The notes beneath the pieces were generated by a model. That model saw only the letters and a list, made by a program, of their open reading frames with translations. It had not been told where the DNA came from and ran no database searches. Shown in pieces: positions 15,368-27,911 of a stretch of DNA of 64,000 nt. The position numbers were made by a program, and so were the translations under genes. This stretch comes from Camelus dromedarius (Eukaryota), in NCBI RefSeq assembly GCF_036321535.1, contig NC_087437.1, positions 75,270,001 to 75,334,000 of the forward strand. The letters are read 5' to 3'. Position 1 is the first letter of the stretch. Each line of letters opens with the position of its first letter.

Positions 15368-16434
15368 TGAGTATATGAAATCCAAATGGCAAAATGGTAA
15401 GGCCAAACTTAATAAAAATCAAAGTATGTAGTGATTCTCATTCCTTTTGGAGGATGATCCTTGGGTATGTTCTATTAACTCAAGGTTTAGCAGAGAATTA
15501 ACAAAAATATTTTCATAATGAGTATTTTAAAAATTTAGTTCATAGGTCACATTCTTCTGAATACAGATATTAATATCTGTGATTTGTTTTTCATTGCTTA
15601 GGTTTGTCTTGTTTTAATTTACTCTGACTATCTAAAGGTCTTTTATACTCCAAAACATTTTTTTTTTCCTGGAATTCCTTTTTGGCATTGCCTCTAGTTA
15701 TTTTTATATTTATTTAATTTAATATTTCACAATGAAAAAGAGGGAGGTTTTTTATTTCAAAGAAATCAGTCATTGCTGGAAATAACAAAGGCAACTCTTC
15801 TTCATTAGCATGTCAAGGCTTATGGTTAAATGTAGATTTTCACTGATAGTTATGAGATTATTTTACCCCCTCCTCCCACATGAATTAAGTCCATCTAACA
15901 GATCTTTGTTGAGGACCTGCTAAATACTAAACAATATGATTTGTTCCAATTTCCATAAATGTCTTAATTGTCAGTAATTGTACTCAAGAACAAGAATTAT
16001 CTCTTTACTTATTTGTAGTCCTGTTCAGTTATAAGACTGAGAAAAAAAGGCTTAATATAATCCATCCAGCAAGTATTAGATATTCTGTACCACCTGCAGT
16101 TGCCCTCTATTGCTGATATTTCAGTGACAAAGCTAAGAATTAAACGGGGCATGTTGTCGATGCTACTAGTAATTTCAAGCAGAAAGTTGAAGCGTGTTGG
16201 TATGTGAGATTAGAAAAAGAAACATTGTCTAAACTTAAATTATTAATGCCAGTTCTCTTTGGATCGTGGGTTATAAGAATGTTGTCTGATATTTTTACTT
16301 TTCAAAAGAAACAATACTTTATCTTGAGGTTTAAAAACAAAGGTGTTGGTTTTTTATTTTCTTTAGATTTATGGACAAAAATAGGCTCTAAATTAAGCTC
16401 TGAGTTATCTAAGTTAAATATGACTTATTTTTAA

Positions 16435-16587
<153 letters not shown>

Positions 16588-17858
16588 TAATATATGTTTC
16601 TGTTTTAATTCTTAATCTTCATCAGATTAATATTTTTCTTAGAAGTGGCCATTAGAAAAAATGTTTTAAAAATTGTTAATTGTTTAATGTAACTATAACA
16701 TTCTCACTATATGGTTATATCACATAGTTTCACAGGAACTGAATGTAAGTGCTCCTGATTCTAATGTACAGGATGTTCGTATAGTAGTGCTTTCATGACC
16801 TTTTCCTTTGATGTGTCATATTTCAGGGTTCTTCATTTGTTTCTGTTGGCATTGTGGTAGGAGGGGAGTGACATTTGTTTAGGGTTTTTGTTTTTTGGTT
16901 GGAGCTGATGAGGTAGGTTATTAAGGTGATAGGGAGACATCTGGAAGAAAAGGACTTGATTGTGGGTGATAATAAAATTAGAGAGGTGTGCAGAAAATAG
17001 CTGACATACAGATTTCAATGATAGTAGTACCTGAATAAGAGCTCTAGATGTTTACCTTGATATCCACAAAACTTGGCTTATAATAAATATTTAACCAACA
17101 TGTGTGAATTAAGTTACTATAATAAGACAGTTGGCTCCAGTGCTTGTATAGACAGGGTAGAAGCCAGAACTGGAACCTTCGGTGGGGGCCACTAACACAC
17201 TTTGAGAGAATAATTCTTAAGAGATGAGGTTCAAGTGGTGACTCCACCATCCCTAGTGCAGACTTGAGAAAGTTATTTCACTTTTCTGAGTTCCAGTTTC
17301 CTTGACTATAAAGTAAAAATAATGATTCCCTCTCCGTGGGAGGAGTTATGAAGACTTAGCATGGGGGTTTTGGAGACAGAGGCCAGCTTTTATGGTTCTG
17401 TGGCATTAGATTTTACTTGAATACCTGCAAGATTCTTAGCATTGTCAAATATTGATAATTGTAAATGATTTGTATTTTAATGTTTTTCTCTGTTAACAAT
17501 TTAACTTTAAAATTGTGTCAAACTGATTTTATGTCAATAATTTTTTTTTCCAGAATAGGTGATTTGGGCTTCCAGTGCCAATGAAAATATTTACTGACAT
17601 GAAGGACTTATACTCTAGTTTTTTATTATTTTATTAGATTTATATTTAATTTGTTTTATTCTCACTGAAGTCTTTTCTTGAGTTAATTTGAATTTTACTT
17701 TTATTTTTGACTTTAATTGGAAATGATTAGCCATTTTTTCTTCTAGCCAGTTTTCTTTTAAATGATAGCTAGAAAAATAAAACAATAATTCAAAAAACAT
17801 CAGTCAGTTGTGGATGGTATTTTAAATTAATCAAAATAGCAGAGACATGATTTTTATA

Positions 17859-17893
17859 GGCAGGGGAGAATTCTACCATTGACCCACCAATGC
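17859..17893 (-). pseudogene. Retroposed 5' half of tRNA-Gly(GCC)
   Basis: Reverse complement GCATTGGTGGGTCAATGGTAGAATTCTCCCCTGCC matches the recalled tRNA-Gly 5' end at 32/35 nt and stops at the anticodon. Confidence 0.85.
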
Positions 17894-18130
17894 CCAGCAT
17901 GGCACAATAAAAGCATTTAAAACCTTTCCCAGATTTTTTAAAGCTAATGTTAATATTGATTGTGTAGACAAGTATAACAAGGTAAAACTAATAAATATGT
18001 TAAAAAATCAGATAGAAACACTTTAGAATTTGCCTAGAATTATTTTATGATTTAGGCCTATTTACTTACCTTACTCTAAAAGATATGACATTATTTATTC
18101 TTTTTATTTTCTGATTTCTGATTTGCTTAG

Positions 18131-18250
<120 letters not shown>

Positions 18251-19005
18251 TGAGTTATCATTTGCAATGTATCTCTTATGATACTGGGCTATCCTGTCAT
18301 GTTTCTTGAGTAGTCCTCCACATAGATAGATTGGAAAATTAGTGGATTTAAGACTTCATTGTAATAGTAATTTTTCAAATGAAAAAAAAATGTTTCAATT
18401 AAAAAAAATTTTCATCCCAACAACTCAGAAGACCAGATGTGTACTCCTTCAGGGAATAGCTAGACCCATCCGGGTGGTTAATTATGTTATCCAGATGCTA
18501 CACCTCTCTGTCTCAGCACCTCTCTGTCTCAACACCTCTTTTTGTCATAGTAGCTTCTGGACTAAGCTTATATCCTGCCAGTTTAGGTTCTCCATAGAAA
18601 GAGCTTTTCCTTCCCAATTGTTTAAATGATAAGTCTAAGCATCACGTAGGAAGGGACCTTGGCAAATGCCAAGAATTCAGCTATGAGAACCACATGGACT
18701 GAAAGTTGGGATAGAGAGGGTGGGTTTCTAAAGAAAAATTATGTTACTATCAGAAGGTGGGATAGAGAATGGCCAGGCAGAATTATCTACTATACTCATC
18801 AATTTCAAACATTAAGAGAATATATGCAATTAGGCTTGAAAAAAAATCAGATTTTCAGGGCTCTCTGTAAACAGAATGGTTGACAAAATGTCTATTAGGT
18901 TTCTATTTTAATTTTAATAAGTTTAAGTGGCTTACATAAATGAATTTGCGTAAGTGGTTTGAATGAACTGAGACAGTTGCCAAGTAGGTAAAACATTCCT
19001 GTATG

Positions 19006-19222
19006 CCAGAGGTTAGCAAATTCTAGACAGTAGACAGCTTGTTTTTGTGAATAAAATTTTATTAGAACAAAGCCACACCCATTCATTTTTATATGGTCTG
19101 TATTGTCTATGTCTACATTCATAGTATGGCATTATGGCTAGGTAGTTGTAACAGAGACAGGATCCTCAAGCCTAAAATACTTAACTGCCCTGTCCTTTAA
19201 GAAAAAGTTTGCCAGCCTATGC
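19006..19222. mobile_element. MER58A-like DNA transposon
   Basis: 'cagaggttagcaaa...aataaaattttattagaacaaagccacacccattcattt...aaaaagtttgcca'. Confidence 0.8.
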
Positions 19223-19749
19223 TGTTTCTATTAACTGACTGAGCAAACTCATTTTTTCAGAATTAATTTAAAGTCACAAATTAAGAAATGAAGAATTATG
19301 GAAAATAAGACCTAAAGACCATATGATCAAAATTCCTTTCATTTTACCATATTTTTTAATAAGTAAATGTATAGATAGGGAGCTTCTCAAGTTACAAGTA
19401 GAAGTCTGTGAAGCTGCTTCATTTTGTGGTAGCTTGCTTGCTTCAACGTGGTAATCTGACATGAAGCAAAACCCCCACCATTCAGAGTGGAAAGCTTCAG
19501 TTTCACTGGAAGTGGGAGTCTCATCCTATGTGTCTGAATGTGTGGCCTTCCAATTATTTCACTGTATCTGCCATCCCTCCCTGTCTGTCTTGTGTCCTAT
19601 AATTTTCTCTTTGGACGCTATCTCAGATATCCACTTATGTCTGTTTTATTTATGTCCATTTATGTACTTATTTACATTATCTTAGTTTACTAAGATGAAT
19701 TTATATACTGGATGGGTAGGTGGGGTTTTTTTTAGTGTGTTTGTTTTAT

Positions 19750-20150
19750 TTAAACATTAGCAGACATCTGGTGAGGGCTAGCTATGTGCCAGGACCTCTT
19801 CTAGGCATTTTGAATACTGCAGTAAGTTAGACAGGAGGCCTTCCATCATGAGGTTTAAATTTTAGTTGGGAGACAAGTTTAAAAAAAAAATAGTAAGTTT
19901 CATAATGCACATGTCCCTACAGGTGCAGGCCTCTGAGGAAGTGAATTTGAACTGAGACCTGATGATAAGAAGGAGCCATTGCTATGCAGATCTAGTGGGA
20001 AGAGTGTTCTAGGTACAGGAATAGCTTGTATAAAGGCCCTGAGGCAGGAACAAGATAAATGTAAAGGGCAAAATGGAAGTCAGGTTGGTGAGAACATACT
20101 GAGTGAGAAAGGAGAAAGGTGAAGGTAAAGGCCAGGTGATGTTGGCCAGA
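19750..20150 (-). mobile_element. L2 fragment
   Basis: 'ctatgtgccaggacctcttctaggc...ggcctctgaggaagtgaatttgaactgagacctga'. Confidence 0.7.
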
Positions 20151-20466
20151 AGGATGTTCTTGCCACTAACAGTAACTTTGTATTTAATTTTTACAAACAA
20201 TCCACACTCACAGACTAGTTTCTAGTGCCTCCAAACCAGAGGCGGAGTTGTCATTATAAAGGGTTGTGAGTATAAAAGAGTTTCCTCTGGCAAATTTAGG
20301 ATATTTCCCCAAATCCTGCTTCATCATAGATTCTGAGGTTGTTTCAGAAATATTTGAAGACTTATGTCCCCAGAAAGACCTATTCTAAATAAATCTCTGA
20401 TTCTGTATAAACTCTGTTTTTTCCTCTATTTTTATATAATTTTTTAAATTTTTGATTCCCATTCAG

Positions 20467-20662
20467 ACTTGGAGAAAGTATAGCAGCAAACAATGCCTAT
20501 CGACAACAGGAAACAGAACATATGCCCAGAAGAATGCCTTTGCAGTCATTAAATCACAGTTTTCCAACATCAGTAAAATGTTTAACTCCTCCGCTTTTGA
20601 AAGAGAGAGTTCCTGGATTGAACATTGAGGAATTAATAGAGAAACTTCAATCTGGAGTGGTG
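20467..20662 (+). CDS. CIP2A: CIP2A exon 14
   Basis: attcag|[22 protein letters not shown]...[14 protein letters not shown]|gtaagt. Confidence 0.96.
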
Positions 20663-21140
20663 GTAAGTGTTAAATGGCCATTATAAGTGGGATTCTCCCT
20701 GGTACATACCAACTAAATATCAGCCCTCATTATAACATTTATTTAAACAACTTTAGATGCAGATTTGATCATTGAAACCTTATCTTTTAATATAAAAAGT
20801 AACAATATTCTGGAAAGTGTGGAAGGAAAGAAAAAGTCAGCCATGAAATTCCAATATTTTAACAGAGCTATCATTCTTCCCCTAGTCCTCCCCAGCCAGC
20901 CTACCATCCCACCACCCCCAACTTAAGAAATATGCTTTAAATTCCCACAAGCATATCTACCCAGATATTCTCCTGCAATAGCCAGGTTAGTGAAATGTTT
21001 GTGATCCACCTATATCAATATGACACTCATTTTTTTCCTTTGTTACTAAGTTTTAATGATTTAGTTTCATAGTTGGCATTTTTTTTTAATTTGATTGAGT
21101 GATAACACAATTTCTGATTTTCTGCTCTATTAAAACCTAG

Positions 21141-21233
<93 letters not shown>

Positions 21234-21311
21234 TAATTAATGTGTAACAATTAAGCTTTAATAGATTGTTTTCTGGTAAATGATGAAGATTAATGGTATG
21301 TTTTCTTATAG

Positions 21312-21422
21312 TCCAAAGAAAGCAGGCTACAAGATCTCTTGGAAGCAAAAGCTCTGGCCCTTGCACAGGCTGACAGACTGATAGCTCAGTATCGCTGTCA
21401 GAGAACTCAAGCTGAGACAGAG
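21312..21422 (+). CDS. CIP2A: CIP2A exon 16
   Basis: ttatag|[37 protein letters not shown]|gtttgt; the preceding intron is only 96 nt. Confidence 0.96.
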
Positions 21423-21529
21423 GTTTGTGCATTATAAAGACATGTCTGATTAGAAGAAAAATAGATGAAGTAAATAAAACATATACAAAATATTAGTTGT
21501 ATCTTTCTTACTCTGATTGAAGTAAATTG

Positions 21530-22620
21530 TCCTTAGCATTTGACACAATTCCTCCCTTTGTCTGGAAACCCTATCCCCTTTAATTTTGGTTACACCATTA
21601 TCTTCTGATTTTTTTTCTACCTTAATGGATATTCTTTTCTTATATCCTATATAGGCTTCTTTTTTTTCTACTCACTCTTTAGATGTTGGGTTTTCCAGGG
21701 TTATGTTCTCTTATTTAAGAGGTTCACGGTTTCAATCATTATTGGAATGTTAATGCCCCCAATTTTATATGCTGGGTTCAGATCCTTTTTCTTAAGCACT
21801 AAATGCCTCGTGATAGCTCCATTTAAATATACAGTGAACTCTTCAAACTAAGTGAACAAATACTGAGCTTATGACCCTCTCCTTTTTAAAATTTATTCTG
21901 TCTTGTATATTCCTCTGCTCTTCTTAGAGTTTTCCAAACAAGAAACCTGCAAATCACAGTTTACCCTCTATAATTAGTCATTTGCCAAGTTCAGTGGATT
22001 GTGCCTTCTAAATATTACTTTTTTCTGCCATATCTCTGTTCTTACCCCTGTTTGCTACAGCCAAATCCTTTTCATGTTTCACATGAATCACAGCAAAGCC
22101 TCTACTTAGTCTTCCTACCTGTAGTGCTCTCTTACTACCATCTACATACAGTCAAAAGCATCTCTCTTCTTTATTTGGTCCTACCCTCCCTTCTTCTTCC
22201 ACAGTGATCCCTGAGGCAATTGCTCCTGTGCTGAATATCCTTCAGTGTCTCACTATTTAGCCCAGAAGACAGTTTAAATTCCTTAGAACTTACTGCACAA
22301 GGATTCTAACTACTTCTCATTGTGCATCTCTTTGCACTTCTTTGCTTTCTCTGCAGTCAGACATATTAGATTGCTCTGCAATTTCTGAAACTTGATGTAT
22401 TCTTGTTTTCCTGTCCTTACACTTGCTCTTTCATGTCCGGAATACCTTTTCCTCTTTCTCTGCCTAACTTCTAATAATCCTTCAGATTTTAGTTTTCATA
22501 CCTTCGTTTCCCAGGAAGTTTTCTCTGGTCGTCTCCTTACCACAATTTTGGTGATCCTCTATGTATTTACCCTGTGCTTCCCTCTTTATAATACTTCTCA
22601 TACCATGTGAAAATTATATG
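21530..22620 (+). mobile_element. L2 fragment (its 3' end resumes after the LTR, about 23165-23225)
   Basis: Pyrimidine-rich L2-like text; end motif 'cctagcacagtgcttggcacat...tgctca' near 23190-23225. Confidence 0.65.
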
Positions 22621-22640
22621 ACCCCCACCTTCATCGTTGA

Positions 22641-23163
22641 TGTTACTAGAGAGGAAAATTTTTCCTCTACCCTTCTAGGTTTTTCTGGCTGGCCTAATAA
22701 TTAAATTGACAATGAGACAGGTTAACAGGAGAAAAGCCAAGTTCTAAGAATATAAGGTCCAAAGGGCAGTCAGGCAATGGAGACGCTATTTTGAGCTAAG
22801 GAGAAGGGAGCAGGTGTCTGGGACTTCAAAAGGGAGGAAGATAATTCACGGGGAGATAGGAAGAGCAGATGTTTGGTAAACAGATGTTTGCTGGGCAGTG
22901 TGAAAACAGTGACACAGAGAGGAATTTTAACAAACGAGACTATGCCAGGTTCCTCTCTGTCTACCACTCCTAGTTCATGTCATACTGTAGTTATCTGGTG
23001 TAGCTCCCTTCCTGGAACAGTCCCCTATCTAAATTCTTTGGGGCAGTTAGGGGGAGGGTTAAAGGTACTTCCTGCGTCTTTTACACCTTGATTATTTTCA
23101 GCTTAAAATAATCTGTGTGCCAGAGTAGCACATTTTGGGGTGATAGATTTTGCTCCCCTACCA
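22641..23163 (-). mobile_element. Solo ERV1 LTR, MER34-related
   Basis: Reverse complement starts TGGTAGGGGAGCAAAATCTATCACCCCAAAATGTGC...GATTATTTTAAGCTGAA and has TG...CA termini; it interrupts the L2. Confidence 0.7.
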
Positions 23164-24294
23164 TGTCAGACTATTTCTGTGTCTTCAGGCCCTAGCACAG
23201 TGCTTGGCACATGACAGATGCTCAGTTTGGCATTGTGCTATGTATATAATATATGCCTTATGAGTGATAACTTTCTACAATAATATGAAATTCCCAGCAG
23301 ATACAGATGGAATCTAGGCAACTTGATTTCATTTGTAATGATTTATAATATAATCCTTTGACTTTTAAAAGAGGCATTACAATCAGTGACAAAATACCTT
23401 TTAAATATTTTCAGAGTAAATGTATTCTAAAAAGTATAAATAAACATAATCATTTTCCCCCTTTTTTTCTTGTCCTAACATGGATTTTTATCTTGAGTGA
23501 TGGTGTGTTGAATTTATCATGAATTCCAATAAAGAAAATTAGAGATAGTAAAATAATATTTTTCCTCTCCCTTCTCAAAGCATTGGACATGTCTTTTATC
23601 TTACTGAAGAATTTAATGTTGTATCCATTTTACTGGATAGGCTTCTTCTAAAAATAACACTAAATAATTGGATATTACTACTTTTTTACAGACTCTGTCA
23701 TAAAAACAGGGATTTAGGTTTTCATGACATTTTCAAAATAACTATTTTTTGTCTAAAGAGAGGGGAAAGTCTACTTCTCATTCTAGTTACTTTCTTGCTG
23801 CTTTAATGTTTCATGTCACAGATACTTTCATATTAAATCTAGGTTGTGTTCCCTGATTGTGTTAGCTTAATTTTTAAGTGTGTGCTTAAGCATCTGTGAT
23901 GTAGTTAAGATCTTCTTCTTAATTTTTATCTGATATGGGAAAACTGATGTGTGCAGACTTCATGGTTTAGTGTTGATGGCTAGCCCCAAAGACCATACCC
24001 TTTTAATTGAGCACTGTATCTGGAGCTACCTTCATGTTATAATTATGTTCATTTCCATGAATCTGGTCATCCCAAGATTGCTTTGGTAGAACAGTATACT
24101 AATTAAAAAACTGTAACAGTGTCAGATTTATTAGAAGCAGTTAAGTAATAATAAGTATATATGACTAATATAATAAGTTTAATTAACCCAGTAGATGCTT
24201 GCCTACTAGATATTTAGTAAATATTTTAAGTTGTAGAAACTGAGCATATTATATAAATGATAGTGGAAGAGTCTCTTACTGCATTTTCTCTTAG

Positions 24295-24492
<198 letters not shown>

Positions 24493-24890
24493 TAAATTAA
24501 TAAAGTAAAAGTTACTGCATAGGGTTAAAATCTAGAGTGAACCGACAGCATTTCTTTTCTGTGTCCCTAAAATCCTTGTGTGAATGTTCATGTATTCTGA
24601 TAATTCTATTATAAGGTAAGTAATTAATAAGAAGCTTATGTCATGTCATAGTGAAATGAAGTACTGCTTACTCAGACTCAGGATCACAGTTGGAAACGGA
24701 ATACAGATCTCTCTTCCTGGTTGACTCTACTTTCGTTTATTCAGTCATTACTCATCTGGGGTGTTAGTGCCACAAGGACAAATTCCATCTGTTTTGTTCA
24801 CTGACAAATCCCTAGGGCCTAGAACAGTGCTTGATACATGGTTAGGCACTCCATAAATAATTGTTGAATGACCTTAGTTGTCAGAATTCA

Positions 24891-24975
24891 TATTAGGTTG
24901 AACGATACGAATTAGCATTTCTGTAGATCAAAAATGGTTGAATAATTAACAGTTCTCATATCATTCAGCCAAATA
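24891..24975. mobile_element. MADE2-like mariner MITE
   Basis: tattaggttgaacgatacgaa ... ctcatatcattcagccaaata, an imperfect inverted repeat of about 85 bp. Confidence 0.7.
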
Positions 24976-26498
24976 ACATAGAAATTTGGTTGTTAGTATT
25001 TAACTCATCTCTTAATTTGTCCTTTAATGTCCTTGAACATAGTTTACTTATATGTATTACCACATCTGCAGAATAAATTCTTATAGGTTGAATTGCTGAT
25101 TTAAAGGGTATGTGCTTTTAAATTTTTGATAGATTGCCAAGTTTCCCTCCAAAAAGGCTATGCCAATTTATACACACCCTGACAAAGTGTGAGACTGATC
25201 ATTTTTCCCTCCCTTGTCAAACTGTTTTATCTTTTAGGCCAGTTTTAAAATGTATGAATTATAAGGAGGACCAGGAACAGTTGTATATTTTCTACCAAAC
25301 AATAGAAATAAAAACACTCTAGTTAACTTGTTTATTTTTCTTTATACTTTAAGATTGGTTAAGATTTGAAAAAAATGTTCTTCTTTCTGTGGTATTAATA
25401 TAGAGATGTAAAATTTTTAACTTTGCAAGTTCTCTGCTTATTTTGTTTGCCTATCAATAAAAATGAAAGGTGGAAAATGTATAGCATCTAGAAAGTTTGT
25501 GAGGACAAGGTGATTTCTAAACAGGATATTTTCCCCCAAGAACAACTTTTTCCAAAGTCTGATTATTTGAGGCAGCCCTGAAAAAGTGGATTATTAGTTT
25601 TAAGTCAGGGTGTAAGAGAAATGAGGCAGTGGTCCAAGAGAAATATGGACTTCCTAGGACCTGCTTATGTTCCAGATAGTAATTGAGGAGCCCAGAAATA
25701 AAACTGCCTTGAGGGGCCAGGTGGATAACAAATGAATGAAGCTGGCTTGGGAAGGTCATTTGTAATGATAGGAACTTTGTAAAGGCATTAAATTCAGAAT
25801 TTTAAAAACTCTGTGTGGGACAAATAAAACACTTGGCTGGCCAAATTTGGCCAGTGCCACTAGTTTGTTTATCTTTGTACACAGTGAAGTAAAAAGGATA
25901 TTTTATGTTTTTAAGATAATTGGGTGTCAAAGTATCACTTTGGAAAGGATTTTTTGTTTAGCTTGCAGGTAAAATAAGCAGGACTATTAGACGCAGACTT
26001 TGAAGAGGCAAGAAAAACACTATCCTCAACCACTTAATTCATTAGTTTGACATTTTTAATTAAACATATATTATGCCCAAGAAGCTAGTGATGATAGGTG
26101 TAAGTTTTATCTTTTTTCAAGACCTCATTCTTTTACAGAAGTTGTTTCAATTTCTGGACTTAACTATAAAGATAGAAGCATGTATTTTATAGCAAATTGT
26201 GTAATGCAATGTTATCTGTAAATAAAGCTCTATATCCATAAATATGAAGGTAATGCCCCACACATTTCCATTTCATAGTAATTTTTACCTCCTCAGTCAG
26301 CCAGAACATAGGTATCTTTATTGTCTTTTAGAGTTACTCTAACTGTTTATGTCCTGCTTGTTCATATAACATTCCTCCTCTTCCATGCAGCTTATGAAAT
26401 TTGGTCAGAAGAAATAGTAAAGAAGACACTCTGAGTTTCTTTTCTCTATTCTCTGTATTCCTTCATAAAAATACCAACTCATCTCCTTGTCTTTTCAG

Positions 26499-26612
26499 GA
26501 ATGAAACTGCTGAAAAGAAGAACAAAGATTTACACATCACATGTGATTCTCTGAATAAACAAATTGAGACAGTGAAAAAGTTGAATGAGTCACTCAAGCA
26601 ACAAAATGAAAA
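26499..26612 (+). CDS. CIP2A: CIP2A exon 18
   Basis: tttcag|[37 protein letters not shown](K)|gtaaaa. Confidence 0.95.
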
Positions 26613-26688
26613 GTAAAATCTCTAGTTGTCTACTCTAATTATTTTGTATTTTTCAAAAACAAAATGATTCAGTTTACTAAGAACATTG

Positions 26689-26802
26689 TTTTTTTTTTAT
26701 TTTTTTGACTGAAGTATAGTCAGTTTACAGTGTTGTGTCGATTCAAAAAGATACATGCACCCTAAGTTCATAGCAGCACTATTTACAAAAGCCAAGACAT
26801 AT
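26689..26802 (-). mobile_element. Very short 5'-inverted L1 insertion
   Basis: Poly-T and antisense L1 3' tip joined to a sense ORF2 piece; TSD AACATTG(T/C)TTTTT. Confidence 0.8.
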
Positions 26803-26978
26803 AACATTGCTTTTTATAGATAAAATTAATAGAATTATCACTGTTTTAGATATAAAGTACATATTTGGCAGAATCAAAGGGTAACTACTATTCTTACAAA
26901 TTTCCTCTTAAACTACTTGTTGGGAAGAAAAATGATACAGTTCATTGATGTTTTCTCCTTTTTTTTTAATAACTGTAG

Positions 26979-27061
26979 AACTATTGCTCAATTAATAGAG
27001 AAAGAAGAACAGAGAAAAGAAGTACAGAATCAACTAATAGACAGAGAGTGTAAACTAGCAA
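26979..27061 (+). CDS. CIP2A: CIP2A exon 19
   Basis: ctgtag|[27 protein letters not shown](N)|gtaagt. Confidence 0.96.
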
Positions 27062-27771
27062 GTAAGTAGCTTATTTAATAAACTATATTTTAACACATCT
27101 TGTTCTGGAAGAAAATCAAAGCATGAGTGGTTTTTAGTATTCTTGTTCATTATGTTCTATTCTCATTTTTTCAAACCTTAAATCACATCTTAAATAGCTC
27201 TCCTTTTCCTGCCATAACATTTCACAAAGCAGTTTAGTTAGACTGATCAAATTGAAAAAATAATACATTTTTTTTGAAATCTGAGTTATATGGAATGATT
27301 ACCCTATCTAAAATTAAAAAAAAAAATTAAAGGGACATACAGCAGGTGGCAGTGCTAGGTAGCTTTTAGTTACTAGCTTCTTAATGGTAGTAATGCTGAA
27401 ATGATTGTCAAAAACATTAACTCACTTCCCTTAGAGCACAGACATCTACCTATATAATTTTTCATAGTTTTGCCCTTTCTTTTTTCATCCTTAAATCTGA
27501 GGATATCTTTTCCCTTCATTACTATATATCATATTTACAACAAGGGAAGAGGGAAAGACATGGCATTTTCTATAGAATACTGGCATAGGGGGAAGAGTTT
27601 CTTGATGGTTTTTTTAATTCATCAAGTACTGTAAAACTTTTATTTCCAGCAAGATACTGCCTCTTCTTTGTAGTTGTCTTTCTTTTGCTCTTATAATAGC
27701 TTCTAAACCTTTTCAGAGTAATGTCAGTATAGGACCTTTGAATATATAGCTGACTGTTTGTTTGTTTTAAG

Positions 27772-27911
27772 ACCTAGAACAAAAAATAAAAGTACAAGAG
27801 GAAAAGATTAAAGTCCTACAAAGAGAAAGGGAAGATAAAGAAGAAACCATTGGTGTCCTTAGAAAAGAATTAAACAGAACAGAACAAATAAGAAAAGAAC
27901 TGAGCATTAAG
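27772..27911 (+). CDS. CIP2A: CIP2A exon 20
   Basis: tttaag|[46 protein letters not shown]|gtaaga. Confidence 0.96.

Noticed and set aside
17539..17565. Poly-T tract, CCAG, AATAG, GTGATT as a possible 5-nt micro-exon
   Set aside because: Exons 12 and 13 already join in frame and match the recalled protein; the donor is weak.
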